The position numbers and the translations under genes are program-made. A stretch of DNA of 64,000 bases. Origin: a virus. Below, one piece after another: positions 7,261-17,831 of this stretch. The stretch is from positions 26,096 through 90,095 of IMG/VR virus record IMGVR_UViG_3300013306_000001, one strand, 5' to 3'. A model generated the notes under the pieces. The model was not told where the DNA came from. It saw only the letters and a list, made by a program, of their open reading frames with translations, and did no database searches. Numbering within the stretch: position 1 is the stretch's first letter; the number at the start of each line of letters is the position of its first letter.

Positions 7261-8745
7261 ATGGCTGAAGAAAATACAGAAACCCTTAGTATGGGTGAAA
7301 ATACACCCATTAGATTGAAGTTGGGGGAGACAGGTTACAACGCACTCAAAGTTGCCGGAGGCGTCCTGTTTGAAGAGTGCGCATGGGAACTGCGATGGCC
7401 TCATGCCGTACAAACGTTTAAGAAAATGTCAAAAGATGGCACTATCTCTCCAGCATTAAATCTAGTTGAGATGATGATTGCTCGTGTCCCTTGGACTGTA
7501 AAAATCCCCGAAGGTTATGAGGAAGAATTAAAATCAAAAGCAAATTTCCTCTCCCAATGTAAAGAGGACATGGACCATTCTTGGAATCAGTTTATAAAGG
7601 AAGTTGTAAGCTTTAATAGATATGGTTTTGATATTCAAGAAAAAGTCTACCGCCGCAGATTTAAATCAAACGGATCTAAGTATGATGATGGTTTAATTGG
7701 TATCAAAAAGCTTCCTCAACGTTCTCAAGATTCCGTAGTTGGATGGGAATGGGAAAATGATGGCCGTGATCTTTCTGCTGTCTGGCAAGCAGTTGTAAAA
7801 CCAACAGGACTTGAACAATCAACTTATTTTGGCCAAGACTCTATTTATGGAGACAAGGTAAAAATTCCTCGCAAGAAGTTTTTATTGTTTCGTGCGGGCA
7901 GTCAGAAAGATGATCCAACAGGCCAAAGCCCCTTAGTAGGTGCATGGGAGTCTTGGAAGTATAAGAAGGCTTTTGAAGAGTCTGAGGCGATTGGTGTATC
8001 ACAAGATATGCAAGGTTTCAAGGTATTGTACCTACCTCCTCGTTATATGGACCCTAACGCTTCTCCTGAAGACAAGGCTGTATACGAATACTACAAGAAA
8101 ATGATGCGAAATGCTGCTGTAGCGGAGCAATCAGGTTTTATTCTCCCGATGGTACAGAATGCAGACGGTAATAAAGAGTTTTCGTTTGAGATTGTTTCTG
8201 TCACAGGACAAAAAGCTTTTGACACCAGTGCAATAATTTCCCGGTATGCACAAGAGATTTTGACATGTTTGTTTGCTGATTTCTTGAGTCTAGGTAATAA
8301 CGGATCAGGCTCGTTCTCTCTTGCAGAGAGCAAAGTTTCTGTTGCAGAGATGGCTATTGAAGCAAAGCTAATTGAGATTAAAGATCAATTGAACCACGAT
8401 CTAATTCCTCAGTTGTTTTCTTTAAACGGCTGGGACACAACAGTTACTCCATACTTTGACTTTGGTAAGTTAGCTCAACAAGATCTAGATGTTCTTTCCA
8501 AGTTCATCCAACGCGTAGCCTCTGTTGGTCTAATGTCTCAAGACGCTGACACTATCAACTGGATTGCTGATCAGGCTGGGATGCCAACACCATTCTATGG
8601 AACAGAGGATATGGAAGAAGTAAGAGAAAAACTTACAACGTATTCTTCTGGTGCTGGAGAAGGAATGACAACAGCCGGTGAAGGGACATCAACTAGCCCA
8701 ATAGGAGGAGATGATGCCTCTGTTGGTAATAATGAAAATACATAG
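7261..8745 (+). CDS. portal protein
   Basis: 494 aa after terL; GSFSLAESK and LIPQLFSLNG motifs typical of this portal family. Confidence 0.85.
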   Translation: MAEENTETLSMGENTPIRLKLGETGYNALKVAGGVLFEECAWELRWPHAVQTFKKMSKDGTISPALNLVEMMIARVPWTVKIPEGYEEELKSKANFLSQCKEDMDHSWNQFIKEVVSFNRYGFDIQEKVYRRRFKSNGSKYDDGLIGIKKLPQRSQDSVVGWEWENDGRDLSAVWQAVVKPTGLEQSTYFGQDSIYGDKVKIPRKKFLLFRAGSQKDDPTGQSPLVGAWESWKYKKAFEESEAIGVSQDMQGFKVLYLPPRYMDPNASPEDKAVYEYYKKMMRNAAVAEQSGFILPMVQNADGNKEFSFEIVSVTGQKAFDTSAIISRYAQEILTCLFADFLSLGNNGSGSFSLAESKVSVAEMAIEAKLIEIKDQLNHDLIPQLFSLNGWDTTVTPYFDFGKLAQQDLDVLSKFIQRVASVGLMSQDADTINWIADQAGMPTPFYGTEDMEEVREKLTTYSSGAGEGMTTAGEGTSTSPIGGDDASVGNNENT

Positions 8746-8756
8746 GGAGTCCGTTA

Positions 8757-9473
8757 ATGGCTGAAGTTTATTGGCTGAGACTCCCGGAACATACAGATAT
8801 GTTTTCTGAAGGTTATGTTGGAATTACCAGAAAGACTACTCAAATTAGGTTCGATCACCATTGTAGGGCTGTGAATTCTAAAAAAGCTAAAAATTCAATT
8901 ATCTCACGAGCTATTAAGAAGTATGGCAAAGATGGTCTAGTAGCTGAAACTTTAGTAATCTGTGAAATAGATTATGCAGTAGATATTGAAAAGAAGCTCA
9001 GACCTTCAGACGGCATAGGCTGGAACATCACAAAAGGTGGTGGTCTTCCTCCCCTTGCTAATAGGCTAGGTCACAAGATGCCTGACTATGTCAAAGAAAA
9101 ACTTATAGAAGCTAATACAGGTAAGAAGGATTCTGAAGAGACTAGATTGAAGAAATCTAGATCAGGAATTGGTCGTAAGCATTCAGAAGAATCTATTAAT
9201 CTAATGAAAGCCAGTAAAGCAATGGTTAAACTTTGGGAAAGACCTTTTGTTAGATTAGACATTTGGAAAGACGCTGATTTTTATTATAGTCGTTTTCTTG
9301 ATGGCATGAGTTCTTACCACACCGAGAAGAAATTTGAACTTGTTAGAGGATCTTTAACTAGTCTTTATAAGCACTTCAAAAGCGGTTGGAATCCTTTACA
9401 AGACCTTTTGTGGCTAGAAGATTTTAAACAACAGGAGGCCATGAATGGCTCACAATCTATTCCGTCTCCGTGA
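8757..9473 (+). CDS. GIY-YIG homing endonuclease with NUMOD3-like repeats
   Basis: VYW...YVGIT...RFxxH, WNITKGG, HSEE repeats. Confidence 0.8.
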   Translation: MAEVYWLRLPEHTDMFSEGYVGITRKTTQIRFDHHCRAVNSKKAKNSIISRAIKKYGKDGLVAETLVICEIDYAVDIEKKLRPSDGIGWNITKGGGLPPLANRLGHKMPDYVKEKLIEANTGKKDSEETRLKKSRSGIGRKHSEESINLMKASKAMVKLWERPFVRLDIWKDADFYYSRFLDGMSSYHTEKKFELVRGSLTSLYKHFKSGWNPLQDLLWLEDFKQQEAMNGSQSIPSP

Positions 9474-10788
9474 GAAGACTTTAAATACTCCGCAACTCAT
9501 GTCCATTCAAGGTTTTGATGCAATTGCTAAATACCTTGATGATCGTTGTTCACAAGACTTTAAACTTGAAGTTGGTGAAGACTTTAGAAATGAAGCTAAT
9601 GAGCGTTATTCATTTAATGCTGACCTTGGCGTAGCAACACTTTCTATTGATGGTCCTCTTAGCTACCGTCCTATCACCATGTTTGGTATGGATTGTGGGG
9701 GTACAAGTTACCAACAACTCAAAGAAGATTTCACATATCTTGTAGAGAGTGGTGCAAAGACTGTTGCTCTTACCGTAGACTCACCCGGCGGTGAAGCACA
9801 CGGTTTGTTCCCAACCGCACAATATATGCGTGATCTTGCTAATGAGAACGGTGTAAAGATTTTGGCGTTCGTAGACGGTATGTCCGCGAGCGCTGGATAT
9901 GGTCTTACTTCTATTGCTGATGAAATTATTATTTCTCCCGGCTCTGAGGTTGGATCGATTGGTGTAGTTGTTCGTTTAATGAATGACTCGAAAGCTCTGG
10001 AAAAAGAAGGGTATGAACGTTCCTTTGTGTATGCAGGTGGCTCTAAGGTGCCATATGCAGAAGATGGTTCTTTTCGCCCTGACTTTATCAATGATATTCA
10101 ATCGAAGGTTGATTCCTTGTATGTAGAGTTCACAGAGTTTGTTGCAAATCAACGTAACCTTTCTGTTGATAGTGTCAAGTCAACCGAAGCTCGTACTTTC
10201 CTTTCAAAAGAAGCTGCTGAACTCGGTTTGATCGACCAAGTAATGACTGTCGAGTCATTTTACAATTACCTTGCCGATACGGCTCAGAAACCCCAAGAGA
10301 ATGGAATGATTAAAAGTCGTCTATTTAATATGAAAAACAATACTGAGGAAACTCTTGAAATGACCCAACTTGCTGAATTGCAATCGCAACTCACTGCTGC
10401 AAATGAGCAACTTGCAGAGTTCTCCTCTGTAAAACAAGCTCTCGCTACGTTGCAAACTAACTTCACCGATCAGACTACAAAATTGAGCGAAGCTCTTGAA
10501 AAAGTAGCTCAGATGGAATCTGAAAAAGTTGAAGCTAAACTATCAGCCCGGAAAGAAAAATTGTCTGCTGTTAAACAAGAAGCTTTGCTGACATCGTTGT
10601 CTGCTTTGGATGATGCATCATTTGAAGCTGTTGTAGCTGGCTTTAAAGCACAAGCTGAAGTAATCGACCACTCCGCTTTGATGTCAGAAGTTGGTGGTCA
10701 GGGTAAAGAAGTAGTGCCAGAAAAACCTCAAGGTGAAAACCTCACCGCTCAACTCCTGAAAAATCAATTCCAAAAAGGTGCTAAATAA
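9445..10788 (+). CDS. prohead protease (S49 family) with C-terminal scaffold-like coiled coil
   Basis: DSPGG, SASAGY, GSIGV motifs. Confidence 0.88.
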   Translation: MAHNLFRLREKTLNTPQLMSIQGFDAIAKYLDDRCSQDFKLEVGEDFRNEANERYSFNADLGVATLSIDGPLSYRPITMFGMDCGGTSYQQLKEDFTYLVESGAKTVALTVDSPGGEAHGLFPTAQYMRDLANENGVKILAFVDGMSASAGYGLTSIADEIIISPGSEVGSIGVVVRLMNDSKALEKEGYERSFVYAGGSKVPYAEDGSFRPDFINDIQSKVDSLYVEFTEFVANQRNLSVDSVKSTEARTFLSKEAAELGLIDQVMTVESFYNYLADTAQKPQENGMIKSRLFNMKNNTEETLEMTQLAELQSQLTAANEQLAEFSSVKQALATLQTNFTDQTTKLSEALEKVAQMESEKVEAKLSARKEKLSAVKQEALLTSLSALDDASFEAVVAGFKAQAEVIDHSALMSEVGGQGKEVVPEKPQGENLTAQLLKNQFQKGAK

Positions 10789-11222
10789 TGCCCATCGTAG
10801 TTCGTGGTTTTACCCAACTGTCCGACCTTGTAGTTCACGAACGTGATCCTAGTGTTGGTTATGCCCGGGAAGTTGTCTTTGTTGACGTAGCTGCTGATAC
10901 TCCTGTTGTAATGGGTATGGTTGCTTATCGTGCAAAAGCCGCAACTGACACTGCTTACACTCTTCTGTCTGCTGCTGCACAGCTTGTTGCTACTAACGAA
11001 TTCATCGTTCTGTTTGGTGACGAATATTGCGCTAAGCCACAAGGCTTCACTTTGCTGGCTGCTGAAACTACCGACAACGCTGTTGGTTATGTCCGTGACA
11101 ACGTAATCCTGAAAGATTACCCAGTACGTCAGGCCACTTCCGGTTTCCTGAACGCCACTCAATTCGAAGGTCTGCGTCACTTGCTCAAAGAGCAGGGCGT
11201 CATTCTTGAACTTACTGTTTAA
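10788..11222 (+). CDS. head decoration protein
   Basis: 144 aa between protease and capsid genes; highly biased codon usage. Confidence 0.7.
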   Translation: MPIVVRGFTQLSDLVVHERDPSVGYAREVVFVDVAADTPVVMGMVAYRAKAATDTAYTLLSAAAQLVATNEFIVLFGDEYCAKPQGFTLLAAETTDNAVGYVRDNVILKDYPVRQATSGFLNATQFEGLRHLLKEQGVILELTV

Positions 11223-11240
11223 TCTGGAGCTTAAATAACT

Positions 11241-12329
11241 ATGCCACTTTCTTATAATCCTACGGACTTCAACCGCGTAGTAGACCTGTCCGAAGATATC
11301 ATGATCGTCCCCAACTCTTGGGGTCTGTTCAATCAATTAGGTATCTTCGACGTAGAACGTAAAACCCAAAAGACTGTTCTGGTTCCTCGCACTACTTGGA
11401 ACGAAGGTTTGATTCCAGACCGTAACTGGGATGAACGTAACAACGCATCCCGTGGTCCAGCTCGTAGCTATCTGACTGCTTCTATTCCTCACTTCCCTTT
11501 GGATGATGCAATTACTCCAAATGATGTTGACGGTGTTGTTGCTTGGGATAACGTTTTCGCCGGTATCCAAACTGAAACTGTTGCCGGTACTCGTGCCCGT
11601 AAAATGCAACAAATGCGTATGAACCACGCTGTGACTCTTGAAGCTGCTCGTGCTCAACTGATCACCACTGGTTCCGTATATGCTCCAAGTGGTACTCTGC
11701 GTCAATCCTACGGTGCTACCATTAACTGGTACAACGAGTTTGGTGTTACCCGTACTGAACTGACCATGCCTTTGAACAGCCTTGCTACTGATCCTCTGGA
11801 AAGTGTTGAGCCTATCATTGCTGGTGTTCAAGATGGTATTCAGTCTGGTCAAGTTGTTGAGGGCATGATTGCTGTTTGCTCACCTTCTTTCTTCAACGCA
11901 CTGATCACCCACCCTTTCGTGGTAGATGCTTACAAATACTACGCTCGTGATCGTGGTGCTGACGTTCTGACTGGTCGTCTAACTGCTAATGCCTATGGTC
12001 TGGATGCTCGTTATCGCACCTTCAGCTATGGTGGTATTCTGTGGATCGAATATCGTGGTAGCTACACCGACCGTGTAACTGGAGCAACTGTTCCTTACAT
12101 CCCAGCCGGTGATGCGTACGTGTTCCCACAAGTGGCTGCTGCTGCACTGTTCAAAACTTACTTTGCTCCGGCAAACCGTTTTGCAACTGTTAACCAAACT
12201 GCCCAAGAAGCATACTGGTTTGAATACATGAACGAGAAAGACGATTTCATCGAAATTATGTCCGAATCTAACTTCATGAACGCCGTACTGCGTCCTCAAG
12301 CTCTGGTTCGCGTAAGTATCGCTGCCTAA
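11241..12329 (+). CDS. major capsid protein
   Basis: 362 aa, lambda E-like features (FKTYFAPAN, ESNF...RPQAL); strong codon bias; followed by a terminator. Confidence 0.9.
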   Translation: MPLSYNPTDFNRVVDLSEDIMIVPNSWGLFNQLGIFDVERKTQKTVLVPRTTWNEGLIPDRNWDERNNASRGPARSYLTASIPHFPLDDAITPNDVDGVVAWDNVFAGIQTETVAGTRARKMQQMRMNHAVTLEAARAQLITTGSVYAPSGTLRQSYGATINWYNEFGVTRTELTMPLNSLATDPLESVEPIIAGVQDGIQSGQVVEGMIAVCSPSFFNALITHPFVVDAYKYYARDRGADVLTGRLTANAYGLDARYRTFSYGGILWIEYRGSYTDRVTGATVPYIPAGDAYVFPQVAAAALFKTYFAPANRFATVNQTAQEAYWFEYMNEKDDFIEIMSESNFMNAVLRPQALVRVSIAA

Positions 12330-12337
12330 ATCTGAAT

Positions 12338-12359
12338 GGGGCTGAAAAGCCCCTTCTTT
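12338..12359 (+). terminator. Rho-independent terminator
   Basis: GGGGCT-GAAA-AGCCCC then TTCTTT. Confidence 0.75.
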
Positions 12360-12371
12360 GGAGATATAAAT

Positions 12372-12596
12372 ATGGCTGTTACCCCAACAGTTGGCGCAGG
12401 TTATATTGAGGCAGTCAATTCTGTTGCTGCTCAAGTGAACTCTGGTGCTGGTGTTCCTGTTGCAACTACTACTGTCAATGGCACTGTAAAGAAAGCTGCA
12501 ACTCAAGCTAACTTCGCAGGTGCAGATACAGCAGCCCTCATCGTTGAGTTGAATGCTTTTCTGGCTAAACTCAAAGCTGCTGGTATTGTCGCTTAA
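12372..12596 (+). CDS. small head-fibre-like protein
   Basis: ATTTVNGTVKKAA...LNAFLAKLKAAGIVA; SD GGAG before ATG 12372. Confidence 0.65.
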   Translation: MAVTPTVGAGYIEAVNSVAAQVNSGAGVPVATTTVNGTVKKAATQANFAGADTAALIVELNAFLAKLKAAGIVA

Positions 12597-12641
12597 AAAT
12601 TGGGCAGCTAGTCTGCCCTCCTTACTTTTAAAGGAGTGGCT

Positions 12642-13097
12642 ATGGCCTTAACGCCCATTCAACAAGTTAGAATTTTGATCGGTGATGTTCCAACATCCCC
12701 TTTCTATCAGCTATTCACTGATGATGAAATACAATTCTTTCTTGATCAGAATAATGGAAATGTTCAACTAGCTGCAAGGATGGCTGCAATTTCTGCAAGC
12801 TTTCAATTGGCTGGTTGGAGTACAAGAGAGCGCACTGGAGACATTGAAGTGTGGTCTTCTCTTTCTACTCAATATTTAAAAGCTCTTGGTAATCTAATTG
12901 ACAACCCAATTGTTAATTTACCTAATGGAATGATGCCTTGGGCTGGCGGGATTAGTTGGGCAGATGTTTGTGACAATAATCATAATCCAGATAATGTTCG
13001 TCCTAAACTTTCACAAATTAAAACTTGTGATTGTGATGATAGATGTAGTTGCGAGTGTTCAGATACTTTTGGTGTTGAATTTATTGTGATTCCTTAA
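12642..13097 (+). CDS. head-tail connector protein
   Basis: VRILIGD...FTDDEIQFFL; synteny. Confidence 0.7.
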   Translation: MALTPIQQVRILIGDVPTSPFYQLFTDDEIQFFLDQNNGNVQLAARMAAISASFQLAGWSTRERTGDIEVWSSLSTQYLKALGNLIDNPIVNLPNGMMPWAGGISWADVCDNNHNPDNVRPKLSQIKTCDCDDRCSCECSDTFGVEFIVIP

Positions 13098-13106
13098 GGA
13101 GTTGAT

Positions 13107-13481
13107 ATGTTAAAACCTCAATTCCTTTTGACCCATAAAATTCCACTAACAATCTTTCGTAAATCTGAAGGGTCTTATGTTAATGGTAGGTGGGTAGAAG
13201 GTACAACTTCTGAAATTGTTCTCCAAGTCAATATTCAGCCCTTAAAGCCTTACGAAATTCTAATGCTTCCAGAAGCTGATAGAACAAGAGCTTGGGTGAA
13301 ATTCTACTCTGCGGATTATGCTCGTACTCTCAAGGAAGGGGTTGGTGGTTGGTCTGCCGATGAATTCATTTGGAAGAATGATCGTTATAAAATCATGAAG
13401 GTTGATGATTGGACGAACGGAATGGGGATATTGGAGCATGTAAAAATTCAGGCTGCAAGAATTGAGCTGACACCAAATTAG
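13107..13481 (+). CDS. head closure/adaptor protein
   Basis: GSYVNGRWV...NIQP; synteny. Confidence 0.65.
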   Translation: MLKPQFLLTHKIPLTIFRKSEGSYVNGRWVEGTTSEIVLQVNIQPLKPYEILMLPEADRTRAWVKFYSADYARTLKEGVGGWSADEFIWKNDRYKIMKVDDWTNGMGILEHVKIQAARIELTPN

Positions 13482-13490
13482 GGAGTATCT

Positions 13491-13958
13491 ATGGCATCAA
13501 AATTAAAAGTAGATACTTCTGTATGGGATAAGATAAAGAGGAATATCTTGGTTGGTAACAACCTTGAGGTTTCTACTGGATTCTTTGAAGATGCTATTTA
13601 TGATGAAGAGAATAACAACGCTCAAGTTGCTCAGATTGCTAGGGACAACGAAGAGGGAACTGTAAAGAATCCAACGCGTCCTTTTATGCGTGTAGGGTTT
13701 GGTGGCAAGGTAGCCAAGCAGCTTCCAGACTTATTCAAAGATAACATGAAACGCATTGCCGAAGGTAAGTCTACCTTTGTTCAAGAATACACAAAGTTAG
13801 GCTCAATTCTCACTGCTGAAATGAAACAATCTATTATCGAATGGTCCACACCACCCAACAGCCCTAGAACGATTGCAGACAAGGGTTTTAATGATCCTTT
13901 GATCAAGACAGGGAAGATGTTGGAGTCTGTAGAATCAAAAGTTGAGGCTAAACCATGA
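13491..13958 (+). CDS. neck/tail completion protein
   Basis: PTRPFMR, PNSPRTIADKG..PLIKTG motifs. Confidence 0.7.
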   Translation: MASKLKVDTSVWDKIKRNILVGNNLEVSTGFFEDAIYDEENNNAQVAQIARDNEEGTVKNPTRPFMRVGFGGKVAKQLPDLFKDNMKRIAEGKSTFVQEYTKLGSILTAEMKQSIIEWSTPPNSPRTIADKGFNDPLIKTGKMLESVESKVEAKP

Positions 13959-14488
13959 GTATTTATTCTCAACTAGAAGATGGGTTGTACAATGTTGCTT
14001 TGGTGGCTCTTTCAAAGTTCACTAACCCACAGGTTATTTTTAGTCATCTTAATGGTACAGAACCTGCTGAAAGTTTTGTGATAATCAATATCCTAAGCAA
14101 CACACAGCAAGGGCATCACACAACTTCCACACTTACAGATACTCAAGAAATATTAGCCACGCAAGCATCTTATGAAGTGTTTGTACAATTTAGTTTCTGT
14201 GGTAGTAAGTCTGGAGAAATGTCTTCAAGCTTCAATCAAAGAATTAATAACAATCACAAAGTGTTTGAAGAATTAGCTAAAAACAATATGGGTGTTATGC
14301 GTAAAAGTCCTATGCGTAGAGCCCCACAGAAAAGAGACACTAAGTGGGTTGAATACCACAATTTAGATGTCACCTTTTCCTATACAGTCGTTACACAAGA
14401 GCTTGTAGATGTTATTGAGGTTGTAATTCTTCAAGATGTTATTACAGGCGATGTATTCACTGTCCCCCCAGATATCGTTACACCATAA
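13955..14488 (+). CDS. tail terminator protein
   Basis: Position immediately before the sheath gene; 177 aa. Confidence 0.6.
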   Translation: MSIYSQLEDGLYNVALVALSKFTNPQVIFSHLNGTEPAESFVIINILSNTQQGHHTTSTLTDTQEILATQASYEVFVQFSFCGSKSGEMSSSFNQRINNNHKVFEELAKNNMGVMRKSPMRRAPQKRDTKWVEYHNLDVTFSYTVVTQELVDVIEVVILQDVITGDVFTVPPDIVTP

Positions 14489-14526
14489 GGCATTCGTATG
14501 CCAAACAACAATTAAAGGATATTCGA

Positions 14527-15819
14527 ATGTCAGAACTCGACCAAATCGTACAGCTCCAGCTGACCCGTGGCTCTACTCCGGTGGAGACGGCTAGCTTCCA
14601 AATCCCCGGTATCTTAGCCACATTTACTAATTTCTCGGAACGTACTCGCACCTACACTGATATTGATGGTGTTGGCGAAGACTTCCGTACAACTGATCTA
14701 GTTTATATGATCGCAAGTAAACTGTTTGGTCAGTCTACTGTTGGCGCTGTTCCTCCAAGTATTGTAGTAGGTCGTCGTCAAGTTAACACTGTAAACGGCT
14801 CTGTAACCGTACAGAACTCTACTCCTTACACAGTAACTATCAACGGCACCACTTACAGCTTTACTAGTGATGCTTCAGCCACTGCAATTGAAATCATTGC
14901 AGGTTTGGACACAGCAGTAGGTACAAGCCCAGTAGGTGTAACTTTCACCGATAACTTGGATGGTACTTTCACTGTAGGTCCAACTGTCGCAGGTACTCCA
15001 TGGTCTTTCCGTGCATCTACTAACATTACTCTTGCAAATGCTACACCTACCGAGAGTTATGCAGATGCTGAAGTAGCCATGAACGAGGACAACGGTACTT
15101 GGTATGCTCTGTTTACCGATACCCATGTTCAAGCTGATGTAGTTGCTCTAAGTAATGTCATTGTAGCACAACGTAAGATCTTCGGTACTTCCTCACAAGA
15201 TGCTGCTGTAATCACCACCGGTACTACTGACGTGGCTGCTGTGCTGAGTGCTGCAAGTGCTGGCCGTACTTATGGTGTATATCTTCCTACTGCTGATACC
15301 GAGTACCCAGAAGCAGCTTGGGCTGGTAGTCAGCTGGCTTATACCCCAGGCTCTAATGATTGGGACTTCAAGCGTGCTGTAGGTGTTACTGTCAGCAAAC
15401 TTAGTGATACTGCCCGTGTTAACCTTCGCAATAAGAACATGAACATGTACACTCGTGTTGGTGGCGTTAACATTTTCCAAGATGGTAATATGTTTGATGC
15501 TTCTCCGATTGATGAGGTTATCGGCATTGACTGGCTGTATGCTCGTTTGCAAGAAGGTATCTACTTCCGTCTGATCAACTCTCTGAAAATCCCTATGACC
15601 AACCCAGGTCTGGTTATTGTAGAGAACGAAATCCGTTCTGTACTTTCTCAAGCAGAAGCTAACGGCTTGATTGATCGCGGATGGTCATGCACCACCCCTG
15701 ATGTACTCGACATCCCTGAAAACATGAGGGCTGCCCGCACCGCTGGGGTGTTTAAATTCAATGCCCGCCTCGCCGGGTCAATCAGAAAGATCCAGATCAC
15801 CGGATTCCTTAGCGTATAA
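14527..15819 (+). CDS. contractile tail sheath protein (DUF3383-like)
   Basis: WDFKRAVGV, IDEVIGIDWL, KIPMTNPG, ARLAGSI. Confidence 0.85.
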   Translation: MSELDQIVQLQLTRGSTPVETASFQIPGILATFTNFSERTRTYTDIDGVGEDFRTTDLVYMIASKLFGQSTVGAVPPSIVVGRRQVNTVNGSVTVQNSTPYTVTINGTTYSFTSDASATAIEIIAGLDTAVGTSPVGVTFTDNLDGTFTVGPTVAGTPWSFRASTNITLANATPTESYADAEVAMNEDNGTWYALFTDTHVQADVVALSNVIVAQRKIFGTSSQDAAVITTGTTDVAAVLSAASAGRTYGVYLPTADTEYPEAAWAGSQLAYTPGSNDWDFKRAVGVTVSKLSDTARVNLRNKNMNMYTRVGGVNIFQDGNMFDASPIDEVIGIDWLYARLQEGIYFRLINSLKIPMTNPGLVIVENEIRSVLSQAEANGLIDRGWSCTTPDVLDIPENMRAARTAGVFKFNARLAGSIRKIQITGFLSV

Positions 15820-15887
15820 TTCTAAAAGTCTTCAATTCTCTTTTGAGACGTGGTATAATATCCACTAATTTTAAATGGAGGTTTATA

Positions 15888-16775
15888 TTGAAGTCTTATT
15901 ATCTTTACAAAATAGTAAATACGGTAAATGAAAAAGTATACATTGGTATAACTTATAGGCCGAAAGATCGTCTAAGAGAACATTTTTCTAAGTCTTCTAC
16001 TTGTAGGAAGCTTAACCGCGCGATTAAAAAGTACGGCAAAGATAAATTTTCTATGATTATTCTTTGTGAAGGTTTAGAAGATTATATTATTGATTTAGAA
16101 GAAAAAGCAATTTCTATTTATGACTCTATAGAAAATGGATACAACCTAATGAGTGGGCACCCCAATAAAAATGGGGCCTCTCACTCAACAGAGTCTAAGT
16201 TAAGAATTTCTGAAGCATTATTTAAATATTATTCACAAAATGTTTGTGTTAATCTTGGGGCAACTCGCCTTAGTAAGCGTGATCTTCAACCTTACTATGT
16301 CAAAGGTTTTTGGTTTCCTACGAAAGTAGTTGCCTTAAAATCTCTTAATATGAACGAAAAAAGTTTTTATAAATGGAGAAAAGAGGGGACATTAGGCGAA
16401 GTTTGTCACCCTGCCAGCAACTCTAAGTCTCATACTCCTGTTTATTTACTTGGCTTTTGGTTCAATGACTTACTTGAAGCAAGTGTTACCTTACAGAAAG
16501 ATAAAGATTTTCTGTTGCTTCTTTTAAGGTCAGACCAGTTTGAAGAAGACCTTGGTAAAATTGGAACAAAACCAAGGAAGAAACCTAAGAACATAAACAT
16601 AGGTGTGAATCAGAGGGACAACGGAACATACAGAGCAATTTTAACAGTAAATAAACACAAGGTTCTAAATAAAACTTTCAGTAATTTGCAAGCTGCTCTC
16701 TTAGCTTACGACGATGCATCAGAAGAACATTATGGTGATCGACCGAACAAAACTCAAAAGGGAGCGATCCCATAA
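15888..16775 (+). CDS. GIY-YIG homing endonuclease
   Basis: YLYKIVNTVNEKVYIGIT...RLREH...NGYN; TTG start after GGAGG. Confidence 0.85.
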   Translation: MKSYYLYKIVNTVNEKVYIGITYRPKDRLREHFSKSSTCRKLNRAIKKYGKDKFSMIILCEGLEDYIIDLEEKAISIYDSIENGYNLMSGHPNKNGASHSTESKLRISEALFKYYSQNVCVNLGATRLSKRDLQPYYVKGFWFPTKVVALKSLNMNEKSFYKWRKEGTLGEVCHPASNSKSHTPVYLLGFWFNDLLEASVTLQKDKDFLLLLLRSDQFEEDLGKIGTKPRKKPKNINIGVNQRDNGTYRAILTVNKHKVLNKTFSNLQAALLAYDDASEEHYGDRPNKTQKGAIP

Positions 16776-16792
16776 TTAAAAGGTATATTTAA

Positions 16793-17314
16793 ATGGCCGA
16801 TGGCGTATTGGGCTCATACAGCCCTGAAGCAATGGTTGTAATCATTAGTAAGGGTGACTTTGTTCATCGTATTGGTGGTTACGCCGATGGTACTTTTCTA
16901 AATATTTCGCGTATCACTCCAGCATCAGAACTGTATGTAGCTTCTGATCTACAAGCTGGCCGTGTTAAGCGTCGTAATAAAGCAAGCACTATCACCCTAA
17001 CCCTGTTCCAACAAAGTTCAAGCAATGCTATTTTGCAAGAGCTGCAACGTGCTGACGAAGAAGACGATAGAAACTCTTGGGTTTTCTCTATCACCATCAA
17101 GGATACTTCTGGTACTAGCGTATTCTCATCTAACCAAGCATTTATCTCCACTGTTCCAGATATTGGTTATTCAAATACCACTGAAACTCGTGATTGGATG
17201 ATCAGTGCAGTTAGTGTTGATTCTCACGTTGGCAGCAACATGGAATTTGATGCTGCTGAAGTTGCAGCAATGGCAGCGGTTGGGGTTCAAGTTCCAGCCC
17301 GGTGGCAGCTCTAA
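16793..17314 (+). CDS. tail tube protein
   Basis: YSPE...TITLTLFQQSSSNAIL...IKDTSG; follows the sheath gene. Confidence 0.75.
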   Translation: MADGVLGSYSPEAMVVIISKGDFVHRIGGYADGTFLNISRITPASELYVASDLQAGRVKRRNKASTITLTLFQQSSSNAILQELQRADEEDDRNSWVFSITIKDTSGTSVFSSNQAFISTVPDIGYSNTTETRDWMISAVSVDSHVGSNMEFDAAEVAAMAAVGVQVPARWQL

Positions 17315-17330
17315 TAGGTAAGGAAGTATA

Positions 17331-17831
17331 ATGGCCCAATTAGCTACTTATATGCCAGAGGAAGTAACCATCCTTCTTGCTGGTATTCCAGTCTCAGGCT
17401 TTATCCAAGGGTCATTTATTTCTGTTGACAAGGATGTCAAACCTTTTACATCTAAACGTACTGCTGATGGAACAGTTAGTCGGATGTATAATAATGACCA
17501 AACCTATACAATTAATTTGACTCTTTACAGTGGTAGTGATTCTAACCAACTTCTAACTAGACTTTGGCAACTAGATGAAATTACACAAAGAGGTAAATTT
17601 CCTCTGATGATCAAGGATGGTAGTGGATCAGATTTATTCTTCTCCACAACTACTTGGATTGAGGGTATTCCTTCTTTAGTGAAGAGTAACCAATATGAAC
17701 CTCGTGCATGGACATTACGTTCAAGCTCAGCAATAATAAACATTGGTGGTAATGGTGATGCTGAATCTATCTTAAATGATATTGTCAGTATTGCTACCTC
17801 TGCTCTCCCTGCTCTAAAAGGATTAATTTAA
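17331..17831 (+). CDS. tail tube-like protein (paralog)
   Basis: Shares YxPE...LTL..S.SN..L...IKD.SG pattern with 16793..17314. Confidence 0.7.
   Translation: MAQLATYMPEEVTILLAGIPVSGFIQGSFISVDKDVKPFTSKRTADGTVSRMYNNDQTYTINLTLYSGSDSNQLLTRLWQLDEITQRGKFPLMIKDGSGSDLFFSTTTWIEGIPSLVKSNQYEPRAWTLRSSSAIINIGGNGDAESILNDIVSIATSALPALKGLI

Noticed and set aside
10764-12506. Long antisense ORFs over capsid genes (also over sheath, nrdJ, SSB and primase)
   Set aside because: Shadow ORFs caused by strong codon bias on the coding strand; they lack SDs and motifs.
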